IMG/VR virus record: IMGVR_UViG_3300021426_000092
Span: 2,837 to 66,836 of that record
Length of the DNA: 64,000 bases
DNA from: a virus
Lineage: Duplodnaviria; Caudoviricetes
Direction: 5' to 3' (one strand)
The position numbers and the translations under genes are program-made. The notes beneath the pieces are model-generated. The model was not told the DNA's origin. It worked only from the letters and a program-made list of their open reading frames with translations, and searched no databases. This document shows positions 31,123 to 41,535 of this stretch, piece after piece. Every line of letters begins with the position of its first letter. Position 1 is the first letter of the stretch.

Positions 31123-31306
31123 GGCATTTCACCCTCCTGATCGTAGACCCACTCCTTTTCTTTTCGGTCATAGTGGGTATTTGCTTTACATCGGAAGTCC
31201 CATCGTTCAAAGTTTCCCTTGTGAAGCGGGCACTCCCAACAGTGTACATGTCCAGTATCATCGTACGAGCTGTACTTGGCGCAGATTCTTTTTTCTCGAT
31301 CAGTTG

Positions 31307-32023
31307 TCAGCATCTGTTCATAATCTCCCGAAGGCTATCCTTGATGTAGTAGTCAAGGCCGAGCTTCTGGCAAAGCGCCTCTGCGTCGTGCCCAAACTTC
31401 TTCCAATCGATATCGGACGGGTGGTAATTCAGCTTCCCGATCTTGATTTTGTCGAAAGACTGGTAATACTGGCCGATCATGCTCAGGACGCTATCCGGGT
31501 CAATTACAGGTTCAAAGGACACCCATGTTTTGATTTCCTTTTTCTTTGCGAGAAGCAGCCCCATCAGGCGGGCTGCTGGATCAATCGCACCCGGTTCAGC
31601 AACTGCTGCAAGGTTGTTGTCTGCCGTAGAGATCGTAATGCCGTACCAGTCGTTTTCATCGAGCAGATCGAAGTCCCGGCTCCCGTCGCCTTTGGTAAGG
31701 ATCTGAACATGGTTTCCAGCATCTTTCAGGAGCTTGATGATCTCTCTGGTGGCAGACGTATCATAGCCGGTCGGGAATGGATCGCACGTGAAGCAAAGAT
31801 GAATCAGCTTGCCGGTGATATGCTCCTTTTCAAGCTGCTTTCTAACCTCCTCCACAATTCCCGGCCGCGGTGCGACGTTGGAATGAAACGCCTCGCGTTC
31901 CTTGTGAAGTACACCGGGGGCAAAGCAATAATAGCAGCGATGGCAGCATCCCGTATAGATGTTCAGGGCGAGATCTCCGTATTCCTTGGCTTTTCCTTTT
32001 GGTTCATAAATTGGCGGTTTCAT
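31307..32023 (-). CDS. Radical SAM protein (phage SPL-like type)
   Basis: NIYTGCCHRCYYCFA (CxxxCxxC), TCDPFP, ILTK, WVSFEPV. Confidence 0.85.
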   Translation of the reverse strand: MKPPIYEPKGKAKEYGDLALNIYTGCCHRCYYCFAPGVLHKEREAFHSNVAPRPGIVEEVRKQLEKEHITGKLIHLCFTCDPFPTGYDTSATREIIKLLKDAGNHVQILTKGDGSRDFDLLDENDWYGITISTADNNLAAVAEPGAIDPAARLMGLLLAKKKEIKTWVSFEPVIDPDSVLSMIGQYYQSFDKIKIGKLNYHPSDIDWKKFGHDAEALCQKLGLDYYIKDSLREIMNRC

Positions 32024-32036
32024 GGCATTGTCTCCT

Positions 32037-33089
32037 TTATCTGTTGACCAACACTTCCATATTGACGTGTTCTACAAGCTCCTCGACGCGTTTCATATTG
32101 GGATGGGCCGGAAGCGCCGTGTTTTCTTTGGCGTACTGGAGCCTCTTTTCAAGATCATTGACCATATCGAAGAACTCCTGCTGGTACGTTCCGTCTTCAT
32201 TCATGTACTTCCCGTTGCGGATCTCCATGAGCATATCATGATCCGCCTCTCGGTAAGTAACGATTTCCTCTTTCTCCAGAATATCGAGACACATCAGGTA
32301 CAGCCGGATAAGATGCATGGCATGCTTCGCCAGATGGGCGTCATCCTTCTTCTTGTTGCGGCCGTTCAGCTTGTCATAGTTCCCGATGATGTTGGTCATC
32401 TCATTTATCAGGCCGCGGAGATCTCGCACGGGGAACCGTTTCAGATCGATGTCAGCAAACACTTCCCGCTCCAGCTCCTCTCGATCACTCTTGTCAGTGT
32501 AGAGCCTGATCGCATCAACTGGCAGGATCTTCGACTTGCTGCCGAAATCCTCGATCGCCTTTTCGACTGCTTTCCGCATATATTCTTCCTGCTTCGGCTG
32601 CGGGAGTCTGTCGTGCGTGATCGCGTTTTCGAGGCGGCGAAGCTGCTGGTTGGCATAGCCCCCGAAGGCATTGATGGCTTTCCTCGATAGGAACAGTCTC
32701 CGGTTGTCGATCAGTTCCTGCCCGAGCTTCGTGATATGGAAGTAATGCTCCGGCTTGCAGCCGAGCATTTCGATCACATTCGGATTGCAGTTCAAGAGAA
32801 GGCCGACGAGCTTATTGAACGCATATACGGTCGTGTCTGTTTCGTTGTTGATAACCTGCTCGAAGTTCGTCAGTCCTACGAGATCGGACATGCTGTTTGC
32901 CGCGCAGCCCCTCACATCAACGTCGGAGCCCGCGACGTTCGTCCCATAGGCATAACTCCCTCCGAGTGTCAGAAACATGATCTTTCCGGCCAGATGTTCG
33001 TTCTTCCTGAGAAAGTCATACTGCGGTCCGGCCACCATCTCTCTGATCTCTTCAATTGTCATTACTTTTTCATAGCTCTTATCGCTCAT
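32037..33089 (-). CDS. Pol-beta superfamily nucleotidyltransferase (RlaP/YcgL-like)
   Basis: GGSYAYGTN...SDVDVRG...NCNPNVIEML...KHAMHLIRL motifs. Confidence 0.85.
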   Translation of the reverse strand: MSDKSYEKVMTIEEIREMVAGPQYDFLRKNEHLAGKIMFLTLGGSYAYGTNVAGSDVDVRGCAANSMSDLVGLTNFEQVINNETDTTVYAFNKLVGLLLNCNPNVIEMLGCKPEHYFHITKLGQELIDNRRLFLSRKAINAFGGYANQQLRRLENAITHDRLPQPKQEEYMRKAVEKAIEDFGSKSKILPVDAIRLYTDKSDREELEREVFADIDLKRFPVRDLRGLINEMTNIIGNYDKLNGRNKKKDDAHLAKHAMHLIRLYLMCLDILEKEEIVTYREADHDMLMEIRNGKYMNEDGTYQQEFFDMVNDLEKRLQYAKENTALPAHPNMKRVEELVEHVNMEVLVNR

Positions 33090-33271
33090 TCATTTCCTCC
33101 CGCTTTCTATACTCTAAAAAGTCTATGGCGCACTGCTGACCGGCAACAAAGTCCGGGCATTTTTTGCACACACTGATAGGTTCATCATTCATCGGGTCGA
33201 TCCATCCCATACAATAGATCTGAGGACGGCCGAATAAGTAGAACTCCGTTGTCGGTCTGCCGCGTCCCTTC

Positions 33272-33865
33272 TCATAACTGCACTTTGTATGTACCATTAT
33301 CGTCCTCCTCGCCACCACTCAACTGGATCGTGCAGATCCCCTTTTCGATCATCTGGCCGATGTAGTCCATGATGATTTCTTTTTGCTTGTGCGGAGCATA
33401 GAATTGATAAGTCATTCCCTTCTCGTCAAGCCTCCAGCCGATCGGTTCACCCTTTTCAAGGAAAATATCTATGAGCTTTTCGGTCGTGCTGTTGCGGATC
33501 TTATCTGACATCGTAAACTCGCGCTGTGTCCAGGGAACAAACTTGTCCACCTGCTCAACAAGCAATTCGGCATTCCCATCGAACCGGATCGCTCTGTCGT
33601 CTATATAGCATCTGGCTGGAGGCTTTTCAGGGAGAATGTCTTCGACGCCCTGAATATCGTACTTATCGAGCCATTCCCGGATTGCTTTAGCTCCTCCGGG
33701 GAAAATGCATCTTGAGGACACGATGACAACGAAGTATCTTGTGCTCAATTCCAGGATCGTTTCGCGGATACCGGGGACGGGCGGATCAGGAATTACTGTT
33801 GCCCCTTTCCAACCGCTGCTGTAGGAATGAATGACCCCATCGAAATCAAAAACGACGTTCTCCAT
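33272..33865 (-). CDS. HAD-family phosphatase with C-terminal extension
   Basis: VFDFDGVIH (DxD), VSSR, KPPARCYIDDRA. Confidence 0.8.
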   Translation of the reverse strand: MENVVFDFDGVIHSYSSGWKGATVIPDPPVPGIRETILELSTRYFVVIVSSRCIFPGGAKAIREWLDKYDIQGVEDILPEKPPARCYIDDRAIRFDGNAELLVEQVDKFVPWTQREFTMSDKIRNSTTEKLIDIFLEKGEPIGWRLDEKGMTYQFYAPHKQKEIIMDYIGQMIEKGICTIQLSGGEEDDNGTYKVQL

Positions 33866-34076
33866 GTTTATGGCTCCTTCACTCAACCTTCATGTTGCAA
33901 GCTGTATTCGTAATCGGCACATCCTTTATGCTTCCGGACACCACTCTCCACGGGGTTCCGCCGTATGTTTCTACATTTATTTCCGGTGGGAGATCGAAGA
34001 AAACTTTCTGATATTCAGTATGCCAACCGATGTTCCCCATGACATTGCGTTCAAGAATGACTTCCAGTCGTTTCAT

Positions 34077-34595
34077 CTATTCTCTCCTCTTTCTCGCGTC
34101 CCGCGCACAGGATCGAAACATCATGAGTAGCATTTCACACATCGGTCGTTCTCGATCATGTCGGTGAGCCTTCTTCACCGAAGTGAGAAAGTTCCAGTCG
34201 TCCTGTGGCCTCATAATTTCGCTGGGATATCTTATCTGTCGAGGGTGTGCATCCGGAACATATACACCAATGTCATATGGAATCTCTTCCTTCACGGCGC
34301 TGTATACTTCCATCGGCATTACATAATAGTTATAGTCGCCTATGAAATTGTGCCCGTTTCTCGACCGATAGTCTGCGAGTGACGACTTAATCTCGTAGCA
34401 GTAGAAATCTCCCTTCTCAATCCCAGACACGCTGTTGTTGATCGGCTCAAATCTCATAAAATCTACGCGGACAGAATGGCCGGACAAATAATCGAACGTC
34501 ACTTCTTTTGCCCAATAAATCCTCGGGTCTCCTCTCGGATTGATATGCTCCTCAAGAAGATCCGCCAACCGCTCGGTTATTTCCGGTCTTGTCAT
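34077..34595 (-). CDS. PD-(D/E)XK protein, MmcB-like
   Basis: AKEVTF...RVDFM...CYEIKSSLADY...NYYVMP. Confidence 0.6.
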   Translation of the reverse strand: MTRPEITERLADLLEEHINPRGDPRIYWAKEVTFDYLSGHSVRVDFMRFEPINNSVSGIEKGDFYCYEIKSSLADYRSRNGHNFIGDYNYYVMPMEVYSAVKEEIPYDIGVYVPDAHPRQIRYPSEIMRPQDDWNFLTSVKKAHRHDRERPMCEMLLMMFRSCARDARKRRE

Positions 34596-34864
34596 GCTTG
34601 TACACCATCCACTCTTTTTATCGCTCTCTCCGCGTTCAGTCTTCTCATGTTCTCTTTTCTGAGGCAACCACAGGATCTCGTCTTGCCCGAAAGCAGATTT
34701 CTGGATACTACGATGCATTCCGTACCACACCCGCCAAGCGTAGGATCGCAGTAGCATACCCACTCAGGCGACCTAATTCCGCACGGCGGTTCATAATAAC
34801 TGCCAGATTTCCTAAGCACGGTCAACCTGCCAAAGTGCATACCAGTCAAATCGTATTTACTCAC
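34592..34864 (-). CDS. Second stand-alone AP2/HNH-associated Zn-binding module (paralogue of 30877-31122)
   Basis: DLTGMHFGRLTVL...WVCYCD...CG...LLSGKTRSCGCL. Confidence 0.65.
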   Translation of the reverse strand: MSKYDLTGMHFGRLTVLRKSGSYYEPPCGIRSPEWVCYCDPTLGGCGTECIVVSRNLLSGKTRSCGCLRKENMRRLNAERAIKRVDGVQA

Positions 34865-36320
34865 TTTTCTCCTTTCTCAGATCCATCCGCCAGATACCCG
34901 GCAGAAACGTTTACCGCCCATTGAAGCATTCTAAGCGCAGCGTCCGGGAGATCACATATATCATTGGCATACCAATAGATGCTCCCGTCATCGTCTACAT
35001 ATGAAAAACTGAGGCAAGTCCTTACATTCATCAGGGCCGTTCTGAGGCGGTCTGTTTTGCTCTGTTCCATTATTCCTCCATCAATCGATCGGCATTGCGA
35101 ACTCTCCGCGAGGGCAATCATCACCGATATCTACCAGATAGCTTTCACCGAGTTTACAGTGTTCACATGGTTCACAATCCTTGAAGTCCACATTATCGTT
35201 ATGAGCGTCATTATGTTCATTTCTGGCGCATACTCTGCACAGGCAGTCAGCACAGTCTTCATCGCTCAATACAAATCGCTTATTGTCCAGCGCTGTTCAC
35301 CTTCATATGCGCTCCACACGTAGGGCAATACTGCATGTTCGAAATATTCTCCGAGGCCCAGATCGTCAAACATCCGGAACAGATATATCTGATTTCGCCT
35401 CTTATCCTCAGCCATTCTTGATCGATGTTCCAAAATTCAAACGGCTCCGGTTCGACTTCGCCTTTTTTCGGCAAGATCCGGCATGATACATCCTCATTTG
35501 CTTTCTGAACATCATCATAGTCAAATATGATCTCCGGATCATCGTTTTCAAATTTCCGCTTTTCAGCCGAACAAATGCCACATGCGCACCAGTCCGGTTC
35601 AATTCTGTCGCCTTGACGTACCAGCTGTTTGACCGTCATGTCTTCTGGTGCTTCCGCGATAAACGAGATATCGCATCCGTTCAAGATGAACTTAATTCTT
35701 TTCATCATTTATCTCGCCAGCAATTCGCATTTCGTATTTCCCACCATATCCAAACAGCGCATTTTGTTCTTCCGTAAGTCCGCACCAATCGTAGGCATCC
35801 TGCTCGTCTGCCGAATGGAGAAAGATCCAGGTGTGCATTTTCGAGGCGGCTCCTACAAGCTCTTTGTTGTACTTATCTTGTCTTTCGAGCTCATCCGCCG
35901 CCTCCAGCACAAGCGGGACATCTTCGAAATAGTGACGCAGTTCTTCAATTAAACCTTCTCTCATGATTTCTCAGAAGTCCTCCTCAAGATCCACTCCGAG
36001 CAGTCGGCATATCCAGAAGAACACGCATGCATACAGCACAATTAAGAACGCGATGATATCATCGAGCAAGCCTCTCAGCATAAGCCAAGCTCCTTTTTGA
36101 CCACATCGTCCGGGAACAAGTCCCATGGTATGATAACTGAGAACTGTTCCAGCGCCTCTTGCCGCATCTCAGAGACCGTCATGATCTTGCCATCGAGCAG
36201 CAGCTTGATTCCGGATTTTATATACGATGGAGTCGCCGGAATCATAGGGTCTCCATCCAGATTTTGGACGTACTGCTGCAAGTAAGCAGCGATTCTTCTA
36301 AGCTGTTCCATATATCCTCC

Positions 36321-36908
36321 TTATGCTTCGCACAGAGTTGGCGTATCCGCATAGTCAGCGCCAGATTCGTTTGCCTTCTCAAAATGTTTGATCGGAAGCT
36401 CCGGTATTTCTGTCCAGTAAATCACCTTCGCGTAGTCACCCTGTGTCGCATCTCCGCACCATCTTCCATCCATGATGTACCCGGTTCCGTACGTCTGATA
36501 GAATCTGTTGTAATCTCCATACCGGAAAAACTCATACCAGCACAGCACCATGACGCCCTCCGTCTTTGGAGGATCTTCCGCCGCGTCGTGCCACGCATTC
36601 TTCGTCAGGGCTTTAATTACCGCCTGGGCTCGCAGCAAAGCGTTGCGTGTCGCTCTGCTCTGCGAGTCCTCATTCATGAACATCCCCGCCACAGCATTCA
36701 AACTATTCAGAAATGCGCCAAGATCGGCCAGGTCTTTTTCCGTTGTCTTTGCAGAGGGCGATTTCTTCAGGATTCTCTGCGTCAAGCTTGGGACATCATA
36801 AATGGCGGACGCCGCCTTGGCCCAGGTTCTGCTCGCAGAATCACGACCCTGCGCTCCTCGGACAGACAACATATTCACAGCATCTTTTCTTAAAATGACA
36901 TCATCCAC
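36321..36908 (-). CDS. DUF551-like domain protein
   Basis: C-terminal WHDAAEDPP...W...VIYWTEIPELP. Confidence 0.6.
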   Translation of the reverse strand: MDDVILRKDAVNMLSVRGAQGRDSASRTWAKAASAIYDVPSLTQRILKKSPSAKTTEKDLADLGAFLNSLNAVAGMFMNEDSQSRATRNALLRAQAVIKALTKNAWHDAAEDPPKTEGVMVLCWYEFFRYGDYNRFYQTYGTGYIMDGRWCGDATQGDYAKVIYWTEIPELPIKHFEKANESGADYADTPTLCEA

Positions 36909-37422
36909 TTCGTTTCCTCCTTCTTTTCTGATTTTTCTCTTCGTACCTGAATGTATATCCTGTCAAATCGTAAGGGTTCTGCACCTTCCCGCGGCATCTG
37001 GCAGATACAGAGTTCTTGCTGATATAATTCTTCATTGCGGCTTCCGCCTGTGAACGATACAGCTCTATTACATTTCCTTCCTTGTCAACTTTTTCAATGG
37101 AACGCCGCTTGTTATCTGCCGATCTAAGGCCAGCTTCACTCCGGCTTTCTTTTTTCAGATTGCATATCCGATTATCCAGCTTCGACCCGTTGATATGTAC
37201 GATACAATCTCCCTGCGCTCTTCCTCCCATAAACGCATCCGCCATGAGCCATACAATCGGGACGAGAACCCGGGCACCATCTTTTTGCCTCATTGAGACC
37301 CGAGCACGAGTAGAGTTGAGCAGCGGATGCAGTTCGCTCCATCTCCCTTCGTAGAATCTCTCTACCGTCCCGTCTTCATTTATCCGATACGGGTACTTGT
37401 ACCCTTCAATTCTCTTCCACAT
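36901..37422 (-). CDS. NUMOD4-HNH-NUMOD1 homing endonuclease-like protein
   Basis: WKRIEGY..YRINEDG...AFMG...HINGSKLDNRICNL...YRSQAEAA..N.IS. Confidence 0.75.
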   Translation of the reverse strand: MWKRIEGYKYPYRINEDGTVERFYEGRWSELHPLLNSTRARVSMRQKDGARVLVPIVWLMADAFMGGRAQGDCIVHINGSKLDNRICNLKKESRSEAGLRSADNKRRSIEKVDKEGNVIELYRSQAEAAMKNYISKNSVSARCRGKVQNPYDLTGYTFRYEEKNQKRRRKRSG

Positions 37423-37729
37423 CTTCTCCAGTATGAGTCACCTATTTGATTTGCCGTGATTCGTATGAATAAATGGTTTAGTCGATCCGCTGGAAGCCTT
37501 GGAAACGGGTTTTAGCAGTCTACCGGGAAATTTCGAATTTCTTTATGGTACACAAACCACAGGTCGTCTCTCGATGTGCTGCCTGCCGGCCATTGCACGA
37601 GTGGATCTCCGTCAGCCGCATCATATACAACGCCGATCGTCCCTACTGGAGGATAATACTGTGGGTCGGTAGCATTACTCACTCCAACATAGACGACCCG
37701 TTCTCCTCGCCTGAACACATTCATTGCTT

Positions 37730-38146
37730 TTACTCCAGAAGATCATGATTGTCATGGAGATTTCCGACAATCTTGTGATTCTTCATAAACCAGCCGCTGT
37801 TCTGTAGGCTCCCGAGCTCATTCATGAGCATCAGTCGGCTGTCTAAGCTCGTATATTCGCCTGCACGGCATGTACCAAAGCCGCCCGGCGTCCAGTAGAT
37901 CACCCACTTGCGCCCATTGCTGTCTTCTGTGATATCTCCCTCGTATGCCGGCCTTCCGTTCATATCTCTCAGGCCGATATACTGCCCTACAGTGTCAGGT
38001 TCAATCTTGCTGGTTCTCCCGTATTTCCCGACTTCGATGATGAAATGCTCAAAGCCTTCTCCATTGAGCAATTCGGCTTTGCAGTAGTTCCCGAACACCC
38101 ATTCACCAGTGTAAATGTCTCGCCCGCGAAATCTGATTTCTCTCAT
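37730..38146 (-). CDS. YopX-family protein
   Basis: MREIRFRG...TVGQYIGLRDMNG...YEGDI...IVGNLHDN. Confidence 0.88.
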   Translation of the reverse strand: MREIRFRGRDIYTGEWVFGNYCKAELLNGEGFEHFIIEVGKYGRTSKIEPDTVGQYIGLRDMNGRPAYEGDITEDSNGRKWVIYWTPGGFGTCRAGEYTSLDSRLMLMNELGSLQNSGWFMKNHKIVGNLHDNHDLLE

Positions 38147-38205
38147 GTGCCCTCCAACAATGCAGTTTTGGGGAGAAGCGAATCTCGCCCCTCCCCTGTC
38201 ACCGA

Positions 38206-38583
38206 TTACTCAGCCAGAAGCTTCTCCAGATCCTCGATGGACATGCTCTCCAGAGCGGCGTCCTTCTTGTCTGCGATGATCTCGCGGATACGCTTCTTCT
38301 TGGCGTCGGCTTCTGCCTTAGCCGCTGCCGCAGCCTTTTCACCCTGCTTGGTCTCGAAGATGAACTTGACAAGTTCGATCTTGATGTCCAGATCCGAGTC
38401 TTCTGCGCTGCGGGTGGTCATCAGGGACTCTTCGTTGCTCACCTTCTGATCCTTCTTCAGCGCCTTGAACACCCGGTCGAGCTGAGCAGGCGCCAGATCC
38501 CACAGATCCTCGACCGAAATCTGGCCGTTGTAGGGGAAACGGTACTTCTTTCTGGTAGCAACTGCGAACATATCATTGGTCAT
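38206..38583 (-). CDS. Conserved phage hypothetical protein, partner of the 678-aa gene
   Basis: RKKYRFP..GQISVEDLWDL...LD..., coiled-coil C-terminus. Confidence 0.6.
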   Translation of the reverse strand: MTNDMFAVATRKKYRFPYNGQISVEDLWDLAPAQLDRVFKALKKDQKVSNEESLMTTRSAEDSDLDIKIELVKFIFETKQGEKAAAAAKAEADAKKKRIREIIADKKDAALESMSIEDLEKLLAE

Positions 38584-38598
38584 TTTTTCATATCCTCC

Positions 38599-40635
38599 TT
38601 AAAATTTGATCTTCATAACTCTTTCGGTGGCGCCCTTGACCTTGACGATCAGGTCGTTGCGCTTCGTGGAGCTGAATCCGATGCCGGAAAGCTGGTCCTC
38701 CACGAATTCGACCTTCATCTTGCCGCCAAGCGCCTCCAGCACCCGCTTGTGATCCATGAGCTCCTGTTTCAGGAATTCGTTGTAGAAACCGTTCGGCTCT
38801 TCGGGGTTTGCGCAGCCTTTCAGGATGAAAAAGTAGTGCTTGTGGCCGATGCCGGTCTGCTCATCCCAGTAGTTCGGGGAATTCATCACGACACTCACGG
38901 GAACAAACTCCATTGTCTTGACGCCCCAAATCTCGCGGCTGGTGCTCTCGGATGGCAGCTTGGTCTGGATGCTGAACGTTCCGTCCGCGGCGAGCATCAC
39001 ATCCGCGACGAGCACGTTTTCTCCCTGCCGCAGTTCCTTCCGGTAATCGAACAGATAGATCTGACCATCGAATTCGATCTCGGCCCGGAAACCATCGCGC
39101 CCGCCCCGGTTGGTAAACTGATGGACGAAGAACCGGTAAACACCAGGCTTCATCCTGCGCTTCTCGGGCCAGGTGATATTTTCAACCGCCGGCTTGTCTC
39201 TGAGCGGATCGATGATGTCCACATCCAGATTGCCGAGGTCAGGCAAAACCTTGTTTCCGAAGTAGATCTCACGGCCGTTCGGTTCGATGCAATGTGCGTC
39301 GAGGTCGTTCCGGCTCCAGACGCCGCCCAGATCGTTCCACTGGATACTGAACCGAAGCACTCCATCCACGCGGCCTCCCGCGTTCTTGACGTTTTCTTTC
39401 ACGTCGCTGTCGGTGATGTTCCCGGCGTATGCCCACGAGAACGGGTTGTTCCACTTGAACATTGTGGGCGCATCCGCATTGACCGGAGCAATCACGGACA
39501 TGAAGTTCGGCGCGTGGCGATTCTCGACGTACGCTTCGATGTCTCTCGCTGTCGGGAGCACATCGCTGATGAACTTCTCAACCGGGATCTCCTCAACCCG
39601 GTCGAACTTCTTGGGAGTGCTCTTGGCGTCCGCCATCATCTCGTCGAAGACGGAGCCGCCGATGCGCTTCGCTGCGTCCTTGTTGGAAAACAGGATGTTG
39701 TTCACCCGGATATCGTCGAGGGTCGCGTACCGGCGAGGCAGCGACTCCATGTACCCGAGCTCTTCGATCTTCTTCTTGGCGTCTTCCAGCATCTTCTTGG
39801 TGAAAATCGCCTTTGGCCTCTTATAATTCGCCGGGGCGACGATCAGCTCATATGAGCGGACCGCGGCATCCAGATCCTTCCCTTCCGAAATGTCCACCAG
39901 AAGCGTACCGATGGAATGATTGCGGATACGGCCGATCACCGGTCCTACACGGCCGGCGTTCAGCCAGACGTACAGGTTCTTCTTCTCTTCGGGCAGATTG
40001 TCGAAATCCTTCTTTCGCTCCTTGAAGCCGAGAAGGTTCGTCCTCCACTCAGCGCCTTTGTACAGGGTGTTGGAGCCGATCAGCTCCAGCACCGTATCCA
40101 CGGCGTCCATGGTGATCTCTTCCATTGAACGGCGGAACACGTTCGCCGTATCGCGGTACTGGCCTTTCTTCTCTGCCATCGACTGGCCGTAATGGACCAC
40201 GAACTGCTCAGGCACATCCACGACGAAGTGATCCCATTTGATGTCCAGCAGGTTGTCCATGTTGGACAGAGTGCCGACTCGCCGCGTCTGGCTCAGGTAG
40301 ATGCCGCGGATCGGGAGACTCCGAACATAGGCGTCCAGCGCGATAGCCACCGGGCCGTACTTGGGATCGCTCTTCTCGAACTCCCACATGGTATGTACGG
40401 TCAGATCATCGTCGATGAATACTGCGCCGCCGATGTCCTTGATAAAGTGGCGGCAGGTGGAGCAATCATGCTCCGTGCGCTCCCGGAAGATCGGGTTCGC
40501 TCCGTCGGGGAAACTGGCGAGGTACTTGGCGTACAGCTCGTCCTTGTCATAGTCAACCTCGAAGATGCGATCGTGGGTCTGCATCATCTGGTTGAAGTGC
40601 TGGGTCATCTTGTCTCGGAACAGGTCAAATTTCAT
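38599..40635 (-). CDS. 678-aa phage protein with N-terminal Cys/His motif and C-terminal YfaP/TerD-like beta domain
   Basis: RTEHDCSTCRHFI near the N-terminus; DLDAHCIEP...LDVDII.P...AVENITW...GVYRFFVHQF in the C-terminal part. Confidence 0.6.
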   Translation of the reverse strand: MKFDLFRDKMTQHFNQMMQTHDRIFEVDYDKDELYAKYLASFPDGANPIFRERTEHDCSTCRHFIKDIGGAVFIDDDLTVHTMWEFEKSDPKYGPVAIALDAYVRSLPIRGIYLSQTRRVGTLSNMDNLLDIKWDHFVVDVPEQFVVHYGQSMAEKKGQYRDTANVFRRSMEEITMDAVDTVLELIGSNTLYKGAEWRTNLLGFKERKKDFDNLPEEKKNLYVWLNAGRVGPVIGRIRNHSIGTLLVDISEGKDLDAAVRSYELIVAPANYKRPKAIFTKKMLEDAKKKIEELGYMESLPRRYATLDDIRVNNILFSNKDAAKRIGGSVFDEMMADAKSTPKKFDRVEEIPVEKFISDVLPTARDIEAYVENRHAPNFMSVIAPVNADAPTMFKWNNPFSWAYAGNITDSDVKENVKNAGGRVDGVLRFSIQWNDLGGVWSRNDLDAHCIEPNGREIYFGNKVLPDLGNLDVDIIDPLRDKPAVENITWPEKRRMKPGVYRFFVHQFTNRGGRDGFRAEIEFDGQIYLFDYRKELRQGENVLVADVMLAADGTFSIQTKLPSESTSREIWGVKTMEFVPVSVVMNSPNYWDEQTGIGHKHYFFILKGCANPEEPNGFYNEFLKQELMDHKRVLEALGGKMKVEFVEDQLSGIGFSSTKRNDLIVKVKGATERVMKIKF

Positions 40636-41030
40636 TTTCGGTTACTCCTCCCTTTCGTACGTCCAGTTGACGGTTCCGTAGTATTCATTTTCGACCGTGA
40701 TGGTCGCCTGCCTGATCCATAGGTCTTTGAGCTTTTCTTTGAACCAGTCCACGATCTCCTGCGGGCTGTCGTGGTCTCGAAGATCCCCAAAGATCGATAC
40801 CGTGTACCGCGCCATGTTGCACGGGTCAGGATCGGTCCAGACCATCATTTTCAGTGATCCCTCAGATCCCATCGGAAGATACCGCTCTGGGTGCTCCTCC
40901 TGCTCCCACCATTTCCTTTGGCTGTCTCCGTATTCCAGAGTCTTTCCGAAGCGCTCCTCAAAGTCCAGCTCAGGCACGAGACCAACAATGCTGTCAATGC
41001 GGGCTACTGCTGCGACGTGTGTCCAGTTAC

Positions 41031-41525
41031 TCATGCGCTTCCCTCCTTTTGCATGATTCTTTTCGACTCCTCTGAGTACAATGCGATTTCCAGCGGATTC
41101 TTTCTGCGGTTACTCAGCATACTCAGCTCGACTCTGGCCCCAGCCACCGCCGCTTGAAGGATTGCCATCCGGTCAGCCGTTCTGTGATACTCCTGTGCTC
41201 CAAGCACGGTCATATCTTTTACCGGAGCATAGCGGAGCATTTTCGCGCCGCTGTCGATCTTTCTGGCTCCGCTCATCACGCATTTTACCGACTGGCCCGT
41301 ATATTCATCGGGATAGATGATCCGATAGCCAACGCCTCTCACGTTTTCAATCATCTTCCCGCTCTCGATCAGTTTCTTCTGCACACTCGAAACAAGGCTT
41401 CGGTACTGTGTGCTTCCTTCTCTTTCGCCGAGGATAAAGGCGATTTCCTCATGGGAAAGCGTTTTCCCGTATCCACGCCCCATGATTTCGTCATAGAGCT
41501 TCTTGATTTTATCTTGTCTGTTCAT
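41031..41525 (-). CDS. Array-coupled accessory protein with N-terminal winged-HTH-like segment
   Basis: ATG at 41525 preceded by GGAGG; ends a predicted HTH with IENVRGVGYRI (wing hairpin), followed by a helical C-terminus. Confidence 0.65.
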   Translation of the reverse strand: MNRQDKIKKLYDEIMGRGYGKTLSHEEIAFILGEREGSTQYRSLVSSVQKKLIESGKMIENVRGVGYRIIYPDEYTGQSVKCVMSGARKIDSGAKMLRYAPVKDMTVLGAQEYHRTADRMAILQAAVAGARVELSMLSNRRKNPLEIALYSEESKRIMQKEGSA

Positions 41526-41535
41526 ATTTACCTCC

